In this document: positions 26,201 through 38,160 of the stretch, in pieces | Position numbering within the stretch: position 1 is the first letter of the stretch | Layout of the letters: every line of letters starts with the position of its first letter | Source: Carcharhinus amblyrhynchos | Lineage: Eukaryota | DNA: 64,000 nt | Assembly: GCA_965287045.1 (NCBI GenBank) | Contig: OZ336874.1 | Coordinates: forward strand, 88,660,001 to 88,724,000 | Direction of reading: 5' to 3' | Notes under the pieces: generated by a model | Database searches by the model: none | What the model saw: only the letters and a program-made list of their open reading frames with translations | Told to the model about the DNA's origin: nothing | Program-made: the position numbers and the translations under genes

Positions 26201-26299
26201 TAATGGCAAAATTGTGTAAGGGGTCAAATTAGATCCCTGGAATTATTATCTCTGAAACCAGATTCCTGTCATACCAAGTGGATGTGGAGCAATAGATCA

Positions 26300-26866
26300 T
26301 TCATTAACATGTGGACCACTTGAGTGGAGAGATGCTCCAGCAATCGGTTTTACCATCAAGAAATATTTTCGAACCCATAAGTGGTGAAGCACCTGGTTGA
26401 TCTGTTATAGAGTTAGCTGATGTCTCTGTGGAAGCAAGTAGTAAGAACTGCCTGTACCAGAAGGGGTGTCCGTTATTGCAGTTTCTGTTAATGTTAATTC
26501 TAAGGAAGCACCTTAGATTGTAGGATTTCACCACTCAACAAGAAAGACTCGATTTATAATTGCCCAATGCATTTATATGTTTAGTTCAAATTTAGAACTG
26601 AGTAAATTAGTTACTGAAGATTGTATAAAGGAATTAAAGGGGGAGGGGTGTGGTGATTGTTCCTTCAATTACAACACAGCAGATTAAGGTTCACCTGCAT
26701 TGGGGGACTCAGTGGGGACTCAGAGTAGGGAACCACCCAGGGATGGAGTCCTCTTAGAAAGGGAGGCAGGTCGGGAGTTAGCTGCAGCCATGAGGCTGTT
26801 GAACAATTCTTATTGGTAAATCCTTTTTGTGTTCATTAATGGAGTCTCTGAAAGTATATCTTTACA
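26300..26866 (+). mobile_element. Gypsy integrase tail, polypurine tract and 3' LTR (26649-26866)
   Basis: cactcaacaaga..agactcgatttataa (HSTR..RLDL*); PPT aaagggggagggg at 26636-26648, then tgtgg...tttaca. Not homologous to the LTR at 25935. Confidence 0.55.
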
Positions 26867-26886
26867 CCCAGCCAGGGGAAAAAAAT

Positions 26887-27359
26887 TCAAGCAGAAGGAA
26901 TAACTCTTGGGTGTAAAGATAGCAGCCAATTGCTTTCATTGCAGTTGTAAATGCGCCTAGTTTGGGGGCGTTTAAGAGGTCTGTGGACAGGTTTATGGAC
27001 GAAAAGGGATTGGTTTAGGTTAGTGGGTCATTGTTGTTGTTTTTTTTTTAACTGGTCGGCGCAACATCGTGGGCCGAAGGGCCTGTTCTGCGCTGTAATG
27101 TTCTATGTTCTATGTTCTATGTTCATTAAGATTCTATTTACTAGTTCTAACAGCAGTTCTGAGGAAAGATAAAGCTGGCTAGGGATCTTTCTACTGACCA
27201 AGTGCAAAGTCAGAATTTTCACAAGATGCAGCAGAATGACAAGGAAAATGGAATGAAGATATAGTCGATGGTATGACATATGAGTTATGGAACCTTTCAT
27301 GCAACCTAGAATAGTGTCAGTTACTTCATTGGCACAGACTGAAAGGTCAGTGGAGTGAA
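26887..27359 (-). repeat. Right arm of the 286-bp inverted duplication, interrupted by a CR1 insertion
   Basis: Arm length 473 = 286 + 181-bp insert + 6-bp TSD. Confidence 0.97.
26941..27121 (+). mobile_element. CR1 3' fragment with 6-bp TSD ttcatt
   Basis: Tail ggtcggcgcaacatcgtgggccgaagggcctg..(ttctatg)3 is related to 45758-45820; ttcatt at 26935-26940 and 27122-27127; the empty site is visible in the left arm. Confidence 0.92.
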
Positions 27360-27868
27360 GACCCTGTGTCTGGAACCATTACTGGTTATAGAAGATATCT
27401 GCCAACCCATCAATTAACCAACAGAATTACATCACAAGATTTCACATTTTTCAGCAAAAACCAACGGAATTATTTCAAACGTAATTTGACACTATGGTCC
27501 CTATTTTATCATTTTGATTCTAAGTGCTGGACGGACTTAAAACTGGGAGTGTTTCAGATCCGACCTTTAGACCTGTTCTCAGGTGCCCCCATACGCACTC
27601 TGCCTGAAAAAATATTAACAGTTCTGAATCACACTGCACAGGCCTGTGGGTGGGGCTTAATGCACCCAAAATCCTATCGCTCCAATTGGCGTCTCCAACT
27701 GCGCATGCGCAGAAAAAAAAATAGAATGCGGCTCCCCTGCCACATCGTTCACAGGCTGGATAATGACCCCCCTTGGCTCCCACAGACATTACCCCACCCC
27801 TACAATATTACCGACCACTTTATGCTCCCACCCACCGGCCACCCAGATCAATCGTGGCCCTTGCCCTC

Positions 27869-29315
27869 TTCCCCCTCACTGACCCACAGGCAGAGTGGCA
27901 GCAAACCCTCCCCTTCCCCCTCACTGATCTCAGGCAGAGTGGCAGCAAACCCTCCCCTTCCCCCTCACTGATCTCAGGCAGAGTGGCAGCAAACCCTCCC
28001 CTTCCCCCTCACTGATCTCAGGCAGAGTGGCAGCAAACCCTCCCCTTCCCCCTCACTGATCTCAGGCAGAGTGGCAGCAAACCCTCCCCTTCCCCCTCAC
28101 TGATCTCAGGCAGAGTGGCAGCAGATCCCCCCCTTCCCCCTCACTGATCTCAGGCAGAGTGGCAGCGGACCCCCCCTTCCCCCTCACTGATCTCAGGCAG
28201 AGTGGCAGCAGATCCCCCCCCTTCCCCCTCACTGATCTCAGGCAGAGTGGCAGCAAACCCTCCCCTTCCCCCTCACTGATCTCAGGCAGAGTGGCAGCAG
28301 ATCCCCCCCTTCCCCCTCACTGATCTCAGGCAGAGTGGCAGCGGACCCCCCCTTCCCCCTCACTGATCTCAGGCAGAGTGGCAGCAGATCCCCCCCCTTC
28401 CCCCTCACTGATCTCAGGCAGAGTGGCAGCAGATCCCCCCTTCCCCCTCACTGATCTCAGGCAGAGTGGCAGCAGATCCCCCCCTTCCCCCTCACTGATC
28501 TCAGGCAGAGTGGCAGCGGACCCCCCCTTCCCCCTCACTGATCTCAGGCAGAGTGGCAGCAGATCCCCCCCCTTCCCCCTCACTGATCTCAGGCAGAGTG
28601 GCAGCGGACCCCCCCTTCCCCCTCACTGATCTCAGGCAGAGTGGCAGCAAACCCTCCCCTTCCCCCTCACTGATCGCAGGCAGAGTGGCAGCAGATCCCC
28701 CCCTTTCCCCCTCACTGATCGCAGGCAGAGTGGCAGCAGATCCCTTCTTCCCCCTCACTGATCACAGGCAGAGTGGCAGCAGACCCCCCCTTCCCCCTCA
28801 CTGATCACAGGCAGAGTGGCAGCAGATCCCTCCTTCCCCCTCACTGATCTCAGGCAGAGTGGCAGCAGATCCCTCCTTCCCCCTCACTGATCTCAGGCAG
28901 AGTGGCAGCAGATCCCCCCTTCCCCCTCACTGATCTCAGGCAGAGTGGCAGCAGATCCCTCCTTCCCCCTCACTGATCTCAGGCAGAGTGGCAGCAGATC
29001 CCTCCTTCCCCCTCACTGATCTCAGGCAGAGTGGCAGCAGATCCCCCCCCTTCCCCCTCACTGATCACAGGCAGAGTGGCAGCAGATCCCTTCTTCCCCC
29101 TCACTGATCTCAGGCAGAGTGGCAGCAGATCCCTCCTTCCCCCTCACTGATCTCAGGCAGAGTGGCAGCAGATCCCTCCTTTCCCCTCACTGATCTCAGG
29201 CAGAGTGGCAGCAGATCCCTCCTTTCCCCCTCACTGATCACAGGCAGAGTGGCAGCGGACCCCCTTTCCCCCTCACTGATCACAGGCAGAGTGGCAGTGG
29301 ACCCCTTTTCCCCCT
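27869..29315. repeat. Minisatellite, 43-45 bp unit (ttccccctcactgatctcaggcagagtggcagcagatcccccc), about 33 copies, inside a GC-rich element starting at about 27520
   Basis: tcactgatct recurs at 27921, 27965, 28009 (44-bp period); the array accounts for ORFs 27773-29392. Confidence 0.97.
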
Positions 29316-29385
29316 CTCCTACACCGATCTCAAGCAGAGAGCTGTCAGGCCCCAACAACCACCCCCCCCAAATGTTCCTTTATCT

Positions 29386-30598
29386 TATTTGATTTGATTT
29401 ATTATTATCACATGTATTAACATGCAGTGAAAAGTATTGTTTCTTGCATGCTTTTTGGACAGACCACACTGATCATGGAGAAGAAAATGAGAGTGCAGAA
29501 TGTAGTGTTACAGTCATAGCTAGGGTGTAGAGAAAGATCAACTTAGTGCAAGGTAGGTCTATTCAAAAGTCTGATAGCAGCAGGGAATAAGCTGTTCTTG
29601 AGTCGATTGGTATATGACCTCAACTTTTTCCCAAGAGGAGAAGATGGAAAAAAAAAATCCAGGGTCGTGGGATCCTTAATTATGCTGGCTGCTTTGCCAA
29701 GACAGTGGGAAGTGTAGACAGAGTCAATGGATGGGAGACTGGTTTACGTGATGGATTGGGCTACATTCACAACATTTTGTAGTTTCTTGCAGTCCTGGAC
29801 AGAGCAAGAGCCATACCAAGCTGTGATACAACCAGAAAGAATGCTTTCTATGGTGCATCTGCAAAAGTTGGTGAGAGTCATAGCTGACATGCCAAATTTC
29901 CTTAGTCTTCTGAGAAAGTAGAGGCGTTGGTGGGCTTTCTTAACTATAGTGTCAGCATGGGGGACCAGGACAGGTTGCTGGTGATCTGGACACCTAAAAA
30001 CTTGAAGCTCCCAACCCTTTCTACTTTGCCCCCATTGATGTAGACAGGGGTATGTTCTCCTCAACACTTCCTGAAGTCAATGACAACCTCCTTCATCTTG
30101 TTGACATTGAGGGAGAGATTATTGTCGCCAGTTCAGTTCACCACATTCTCTATCTCATTCCTGTACTCTGTCTCATCATTGTTTGAGATCTGACCCATTA
30201 CGGTGGTTTCGTCAGCAAACTTGAAAATCGAGTTGAAGGGGAATTTGGCCGCACAGTCATAGGTGTATAAGGAGTAAAGTGGGGAGCTCAGAATACAGCC
30301 TTGTGGGGCACTGGTGTTGACAGTGGTCGTGGAGAAGCTGTTGCCTGTCCTGACTGATTGTGGTTTTTGGGTTACGAAGTTCACAATCCAGTCACAGAGG
30401 GAGTAGCCAAGGTCCAGACCATGGAGCTTGGAGATGAGTTTCATAGGGATAATGGTGTTGAAGGCTGAGCTGTAGTCAATAAATAGGAGCCTGACATAGG
30501 TGTCTTTGTTACCTGGGTGTTCCAGGGTTGAGTGCAGGACCCAGGAGATGGCTGTGAGCCTGTTGTGGCAGTAGGCAAACTGTAATGGATCCAGGCAG
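29386..30598 (-). mobile_element. 5'-truncated Rex1/Babar LINE, uninterrupted
   Basis: [27 protein letters not shown]..; IVKKAHQRLYFLRRLRKFGMS..IESILSGCITAWYG; (atttg)n tail at 29387-29400. Confidence 0.93.
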
Positions 30599-31514
30599 GA
30601 TGAAATCTTTATGGTTCATTCACTTTTCCTCAAATGTATATCCCTGTTCTTTGGAATCCACTCTGGTTTCTCTACATTGTTCCAACAATTTGCCAAGGTA
30701 CATGATTTCCTCGGGATCTTCCTGTTAGCTATTACTCGGCAAGCCTATTCTTTACAGACCTCATGACGGAATTCCGCAGCTTAAATGTGGGCTTTCAAAT
30801 GATTCCTGCACGGCGTCTAAAAGCATCAGGAAACACCTTTTGTTTCCAATAGATTGCTGCTCTGGTTTCAAAACGTAATGAAGCTGAATGTAACGGCCTT
30901 TTACTGAGGATTACTGTAGATTGCTTCCCTTAGCTTCCAATTAAACAAATCTTCTAGTCGTTTTCCCCATGTCCAACTTTGTAAACTGGACATCAGCTCC
31001 CACTTACAAGCTGCATCATGGATCTATCATTTACACTACGTTAGGTGTGAGCCTGATCTTATTTTCAACTTCCAAGGAAATACATAAGACCAAAAGTTAA
31101 TGTAATCTCTTTGCTGTTTTTCTCAACCAGTTTTGCCTCCTGATGATACTATAATTGCATTCACAGGATAACCTAAATAGAAACCTTACCAAACTCCACA
31201 TACCTCCATGGTAATGTCACACATACGCCTGTTCTCAGGTGGATGTGCAAATCGTTATCTTTTAACTACAAACCTTTCCTTAATTCTGTGAAACCAGATG
31301 AGCAACTTATTGTACTTTTTATTAAAATAACTGCAAACATCATGGGCGGGATTTTACAGCCTCGCTCATCCCGAAACCATAAAATCCCGCCCAAGGTCAA
31401 TGGCCCTTCCCATTGACCACCCCTCACTCATTCTGATTCCCATGGCAGGCGGGGCAGTAAAATTCTGGTGAATGTTTTCAGTTCTTTACTTCAGCTCATC
31501 TGCCATTTTTTAAA

Positions 31515-31858
31515 AAAATCAATGGTGGGTCATGGGCATCACTGGCTGGCCAGCATTTATTGCCCATCCCTCGCTGCCTGAGGGTATATTAGTCGACCAC
31601 ATTTCTATGGCTTTGGAGTCATGTATAGGTCAAACTAGGTAAGGATGGCAAGTTTCCTTCCCTAAAGCACATTCATGAACCAGATGGGTTTTTCCAACAA
31701 TTGACAATCATTTCATCAGTAGATTCTTAACTCCAGATTTTTATTGAATTCAAATTCCACCATCTGCTGTGTCGGGATTTGAACCCAGGTCCCCAAATAT
31801 TAGCTGAGTTTCTGGATTAATAGTCTAGCAGTAATACCACAAGGCCATCGCTTCCCCT
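31515..31858 (-). mobile_element. tRNA-derived SINE family B
   Basis: Minus strand has tggccttgtgg (A box) and ggttcaaatcc (B box); homologous to 11962-12306 including the tail. Confidence 0.82.
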
Positions 31859-32759
31859 AACCATATCTTTCCAAGACTTTATTTTATAACCATACCTTTC
31901 TAACACTGTTAAGTCAACATGACATTCCTAATTGATCCAAGTGTGTTTGAATTGCATTCACCCCAGGATTGCTAATCAGTTTACCAACCAGATACCCCCA
32001 TTTTTCACAGTTAGTTCCTAAAATGATAAGTTATATTCTAAAATATTTGACACATGACTGGGTATGGTGACCTAAGTGTGAAATGTAAAAGTAAGCTGGC
32101 CAGAATTGTCAATACTGCAAGTAAAATCATTCATTGACAGCAGGCACAGCTCAATAATCTATTTAACAACATAGTGAAGAGGAAATCTTAGGCTATCTCC
32201 AGTGATCCCTCTCACTTTTTATATCCTCAATTTGAAAGGCTTCCTTTAGGTCAACACTTTAGAATGCCTATTGCCAGGAAAAATCTGTTCAAGTGGTCTT
32301 TTGTTCCCAGTGCTATATGCTTTCTAACTAACATAATGTTGGCCAAATTTACAGGCTGTTCACGCCAGTGGGATTTCCCAGCTATCTGGCTTGTCGCCAA
32401 ATATTCCGTCTTCGCTGCAGTGGAAGCGTGGCGTGACTGGTGGTACGATCACATTATACCCACTGTTTTTTTTATTTTATTTATCCAACTGCAGTAAGTG
32501 CTTCAATGGCAGACTGCAATGTATTATGTTTGTATGGTATGGAAGTATGTTATATATGCACAGATGAATGAATGTAGGCATACATGCAACTAATGACTGT
32601 AGGATTATATGTTATACTGGAGGTGAAGCCAAAGACAAATTCCCATTTTCATGTAGATAATAAAGTTCTGTTCCTCGCTTTCACTTCACAATTTATTCCA
32701 AATCAGGGTCACGGGAGTTGGAACCTGTTCAACTGACACTGGACATTAAACAGTGAATG

Positions 32760-32985
32760 GAACACCAATCCATCACAGAGCACATACATACACTCATCGA
32801 GGCCAATCCACTTAACATATACATCATTGGACTGTGGATGGAAACCAGAGTGCCCAACAAAAATCCACACAATCACAGAGAGAATGTGAAAAACTCCACG
32901 CACACAGACACCTGAGGCCAGAATCCAACCCAAGTTCCTGGAACTATAAGGCAGCAGCATTCATCACTGCACCACACTGCCAGCC
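32760..32985 (-). mobile_element. Old V-SINE
   Basis: ttggactgtggatggaaaccagagtgccc..aatccacacaatcacagagagaatgtgaaaaactccac V-domain. Confidence 0.7.
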
Positions 32986-33809
32986 TTCTATTCTATTCTA
33001 TTCAATTCTATACTATTCTATTCTGTATGTAGCAATGTAGCACCTGTCAAATTCCTTCAGAATCTTGTATGCTTCAATGAGATCACTTCTCATTCATCTA
33101 CATTTGACAGAATATAGACCAACTCAGCCTTAGTCTCTCATCACAACTCTTTCATCCCAGGCACGTTAGCCCCATGTCATGACAACGCTTCCGTATTTTA
33201 CGAGTGGCAGGAAAGATGGAGGGAAGAATTCCCAATATGGTGGAGCAGGACATCAATTGTGGTACTTTAGAAAGCAATTAAATTTATGGGCAATTTACTG
33301 GAATTTTGTGCTCCATTTTGTATTTTATGAACAGTGCAATGGGATTTATGGGCCTTCAGAGACCCTTGGTTGTTTTACTTTAACTAGGTGTATGATGGAG
33401 GGATTAAGCCATTCAGCTGAAACAAAATGCTGTGGGATTGTTTTGAATTATGTTTTATTGGCAGCTTCATTTTAAGTTTATTAAAATCTGTTATAATTTT
33501 GATATACATTTCTCAGCCATCTTTACACCAATTGGAAAGTAGTTTAGAAGCCTTTAGCGAAAGATAGTCAAGCCAGGTAGTTTCCATTGATGGTAAGACA
33601 TAGAAAGAAACCATTATGTATGAATATTGATTATATTATAGTTTAATGCAGTAATGTTAAACTAATTCTGTTTTCTGTTAAGGGAGTTAAGCTCAGTAAC
33701 TGCTAAAAAAAATGTTGAATTACTGCTTGCTACTATTCACTTGCTGTTTTATTGTTTAATAAATTGATTTACCAGTTAAAGGCTTAGGCAAAGTCTAGCT
33801 TAGTGCTCA

Positions 33810-33948
33810 AATAAAAGCAAAATACTGTGGATGCTGAAAATCTGAAACAAGAACAGAAAATGCTGGATAAACTCAGCAGGTCTGGTAGCATCTGTGGAGA
33901 GGAACAGAGTTAACATTTTTGGATCTAAGTAATCATTCTACAGAACTG
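33810..33948. mobile_element. Penelope-derived end remnant
   Basis: aaagcaaaatactgtggatgctg..aaaatgctgg..ctcagcaggtctggtagcatctgtggagag matches 4306-4400. Confidence 0.65.
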
Positions 33949-34174
33949 TCCCAGTTTAGTGCTATTCCATGCCTTAATGAGATGAAGTGCATTTGAGAAA
34001 AAAAAACTGACATAAAATTAGGTTTCTGTTTCATTCCTAGAATTTGAACAAATTAAAACAGCATCTGATACATAAGGAGCAATGGCTGCTCTGCAAGACT
34101 GATTGAGATGCTTCTAAAGAAATATATATTATGATTCATTGGGCATTTAGTTACTTTGATGTTGCAATTATTAA

Positions 34175-34488
34175 GACGGCACAGTAGCACAGTGGTTAGC
34201 ACTTCTGCCTCACAGCTCCAGGGAGCCATGTTCAATTCCGACCTCCAGTCACTGTCTGTGTGGAGTTTGCACATTCCCTCGTGTTCTCATGGGCTTTCCC
34301 CAGGTGATTAGGTGTCCTCTCACACTCCAAAGATGTGCAGGTTAGATTGATTGGCCATGCTAAATTTCCCCTTAGTGTCAAGGGATCAGTAGGGTAAATA
34401 TCTTGGGTTCCAGGGGTGGTATGGCCTGTTGTCGGTGCAGGCTCGATGGGCTGAATGGTTCCCTTCTGCACTGAAGGGATTCTATGAT
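34175..34488 (+). mobile_element. Full-length HE1-type V-SINE with CR1 tail
   Basis: gcacagtggttagcac..gttcaattcc head, V-domain, tail cttctgcactgaagggattctatgat. Confidence 0.92.
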
Positions 34489-35169
34489 ACTATAATCATA
34501 TCTGCAACCTCAGCTTTCGTTGGGAAGAGGAACCTCACTGGCTAATCGTTTGCTACAACATGGCAGACTGACCTCTGCAAATACGAGTTTGGGCAGTCAG
34601 ATCTCTCATGCAGTGTAACAGTCTGGCATGCCTCCTGAAATGCTCCTCTGTTTAACACAGCAATTAGAGGATTGCTATTGATAAATGCATTTTTGTTGGC
34701 GAGGGCAAAAAATAATTGAGGTGAACAATATTCTCAAAGACTTCAATTAATATAAATATTAGTAGAGAGTATAGAACAACAACAAAAATCAAGAACAACT
34801 TTAAAACATTACTGACTCTTTTCAAAACCTTTTGCCAATGGCTCAGGGCATACATGCTGCAGGGAGATGATCAAAGTTTAATATCCTGCACATTAGGGCA
34901 GTGAGAAAAGCTACATTGGATAGACATGACCGTGTTATCATTGAAATGAATCACCCACTCTCTTCAGATGCACTCACTGCCTTAAGTTTTGGCCAGTGGA
35001 AACTACATAAGATTGGCCGTGTTGTTGTGTAGCAGAGCTTCCATCTAGTTTTCACTTCTGGCTCCCCAATTATTGTACCAAAATCAGGTAGATAATGACA
35101 GAAAATCTGTGATCCAGTCTCATGCGTTGTATAAGGGATGTGCTCCATTTGAAGAAAGCTAAATACACT

Positions 35170-35597
35170 TCATTCTCACAGCTTGGTATGATTTCTGCTC
35201 TGCCCAAGACCACAAGGAACTACAAAAGGTCATGAATGTAGCCCAATCCATCACACAAACCAGCCTCCCATCCATTGACTCTGTCCGCACTTGCCGCTGC
35301 CTTGACAAAGCAGTCAACATAATTAACGATCCCATGCACCTAGAACACTCTCTCTTCCACCTTCTTCGGTCAGGAAAAAGATACAAAAATGTAAGGTCAC
35401 GTACTAACCAACTCAAGAACAGATTCTTCCCTACTGCTGTCAGACTTTTGAACGGATCTACCTTGCATTAAGTTGATCTTTCGCTACACCCTAGCTACGA
35501 CTGTAACACTACATCTGCACTTTGGTATGAACGGCATGCAAGAAACAATACTTTTCATTGTATGTTAATACACGTGACAATAATAAATCAAATCAAA
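35170..35597 (+). mobile_element. Rex1/Babar LINE 3' fragment
   Basis: NVAQSITQTSLPSIDSV..SLFHLLRSGKRYK..RTNQLKNRFFPTAVRLLN; tail gtgacaataataaatcaaatc. Confidence 0.9.
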
Positions 35598-35689
35598 AAG
35601 CTGTTAGGGCAAATATGTGGTATCACTAGGATTGTAATCTTCACCTACAGAGTGCCTGTGTCTGGATGTGGATCACATTTCAGGTAATG

Positions 35690-36050
35690 CCTGTCAGCTT
35701 TGAAACATATTGTATCCGAATGAGATTTCTCTCACTCAGCAGCCATGCACAATGAGTCAAATGGGTAATTTCCTGGTTTCTGGCAGCGACTGTGATGCTT
35801 TCATTCCCTGATAATCCATTGTACCTTCTGCAATTGAGTGACCAGGTCAAGCTAAAGGGAGGTTCTGGGTGGCAAGTTCTGCTATCTAAACTGTTCCAGA
35901 GAAACCCATGCAGGACTGAGCACAACGGGTGTATGGTGGTCTACTGCCTGCTGCACCTCACCAACATGTTGGCATGGTCCTTATGGTGAGTAGCTGAGAA
36001 ATAGGAGGAGGTGCAGGAGGAGGAGGATGAGGAAGAATGGGGGCAGGCAA
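35690..36050 (+). mobile_element. Highly decayed PIF/Harbinger transposase remnant
   Basis: Scattered motifs resembling GFHSL, PGS.HDAFI (ctggcagcgactgtgatgctttcattc) and VV.C.LH (gtggtctactgcctgctgcac), followed by an acidic gag-gag run. Confidence 0.4.
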
Positions 36051-38160
36051 CATGAAAGCCCCTTTCCGGTCAGGCTATTCTTGGGGGAGTTGAAGCCACA
36101 ATCAGATCAGCCATGATCTTATTGAATGGTGGAGCAGGCCTGAGGGGCCTAATAACCTACCCCTGCTCCTAATTCATATGTTTGTATGAATAATTTATCT
36201 GGCTCAGATACCAATAAATGCAACTCCAATTCTCCGTTCATCCACTGACCGACATTTACCTTCCCACATTTACCACACAGTAATGGACGCAGCCTCGCAA
36301 ATTGGTGACTGAAATCTGGGATCTCCAGGGCCAGCCAGGCAGGCCTGGTAAGTTGGGGAGGCGGGGATGTTGCGGGGAGTGGGGTGGTGTGTGTGGGGGG
36401 TGTGGATGGTCAAGGTAAGGAGGACATTGTTATGGACACTGCCATTAATATTGTTGGGGCTGGGGGGCGGGGCTCTGTGTGGAAAATTTTGTGTGCAATT
36501 AGGAGAACCCTCACCAAGCACATAAGAAGACTGCCAAGGTTCACCAGCTGTCTTCCCACCTGGTAAATGCCAACTGTGATGAGAAGAGATCCTTAATTAA
36601 TCACTTAAATGGTTCAGATGGCCTCTGGATAGAAGGGCCACCTTCTAGCTTTCCTGCTGCTAGTACAGCAATTCTGGAGGGAAGTGAATGGACATTCCAC
36701 CTTGTCTCACTTTGCCTCGACAATTTATGGAAAACCACTGCACCCATCCCCAGCCCATAAAAAAAAGCCTCTCAACTGTCCGTAGAAGAATGGGGTAATC
36801 CAGCCAAGCATTTTGTTGTGCCTATCCATCAGCTTTCTTCTTAAGCCTTATGCAGCAGAATTTGTGTGTGTCTTTGCTCTCCAGCGAGCTGGGCTAACCA
36901 ACCATGCCCCTATCCCTGGCTGCAGGCTATTTGTAACCAGTGACTAACTGCATGCATATCTGAATTCTAAGCTATCCTCTAAAGAACACAGAGACAGTGG
37001 CCAGAACTCTCCAGCCATTCATGCCCTGTCATTGCTACCAGCAAGAATGGAAAATATGGCACTCAGTCAAATCGCTGTTCACAGCAGCAGAACAGGACAA
37101 TCGCAACTGCAGGCGAAGTTGAGAAATCCCCCCCAGTATCTGAGATGGTGAGAACAAGTGTGTTAGGTATGTTGGAGCATGCCCCTGTAAGAGAATGAGT
37201 CAGGTACCTGGGACTCAAGCTCCATCTTGAGTGGACCTTGCCTGGCAGCTGACTGTGTGAGGAGACAGACATGTAATGTTCCTATCACTGACCTCATGAG
37301 TCTTTATTTGTCTTCAATATCAGACCTCGATATAATAGAGTCAGGGCATCATAGAATACTACAGTGCTGAAGAGGCCCTTCTGCCCATTGAGTCTGCACC
37401 AAAGCATGAAATGCCCTGACCTGCCCACCTAATCCCACTTGCCAGCACTTGGCCCATAGCCTTGAATGTGATGGCATGCCAAGTACTCACCAGGTACTTT
37501 TTAAAGGATGTGGGGCATCTCGCCTCCACCACCCTCCCAGAAAGTGCATTCCAGACCATCACCACCTTCTGAGTAAAAAAGTTTTTTCTCTAATCTCTCT
37601 AAACCTCCCACCCCACACTTTTCACTTGTGTCCCCTCGTAACTGACCCTTCAACTAAGGGGACAACTGCTCCCTATGCACCCTGTCTGTGCCCCTTATAA
37701 TCTTGAATACCTCAATCAGGTAACCCTTCAGTCTTCTCTGCTCCAACAAAAACAACCCAAGCCCATCCAACCTCTCTGCATAGCTTAAATGTTTCATCCC
37801 AGACAGCATCCTGGTGAATCTCCTCTGCACCCACTCCAGTGCATTCATGTCCTTTGCACACAGTACTCCAGCTGTGGCCTCACCAAAGTTCTATACAACT
37901 CCATTGTGACCTCTCTGCTTTTGTAACCTACACCCCAACTGATAAAGGCAAGTGTGCCATATGCCTTTTTCACCACCCTATTTACCTGCTTTTCCTCATT
38001 CAGAGGTCTATGGACAAACACACCAATGTCCATTTGTTCTTCTGACCTTCACAATATCAGACCTTTCTTGTCAAATTACTCCTTCCAAAGTGCATCACCT
38101 CATATTTTTCAGGGTTAAATTCCATCTGCCACTTACCCATTCATCTATATCTTCTTGTAG

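Noticed and set aside
25935-26866. A single complete LTR element bounded by two LTRs
   Set aside because: The two LTR-like segments are not homologous and no shared TSD is visible.
25177-27300. Duplicated ORF pairs (MKGSITHMSY.. at 25177 and 27103; also ..KQTYIILHSTSQ.. at 44328 and 45022) as paralogous small genes
   Set aside because: They are a by-product of the inverted duplications, with no coding signature.
25118-27359. DIRS-type or CACTA/foldback transposon explanation for the long inverted arms
   Set aside because: No tyrosine recombinase, RT or transposase between the arms, no internal region complementary to the outer ends, and no TSD.
27366-29392. Pro/Ser-rich ORFs of up to 201 aa
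   Set aside because: They arise from reading through the 44-bp minisatellite, and frames break with C-run length.
30748-30852. CpG-containing stretch after ttctttacag as a coding exon
   Set aside because: The open frame stops after about 31 codons and has no recognisable homology.
34175-34250. tRNA gene
   Set aside because: The A/B boxes belong to a SINE head that runs straight into the V-domain; I could not build a full cloverleaf.
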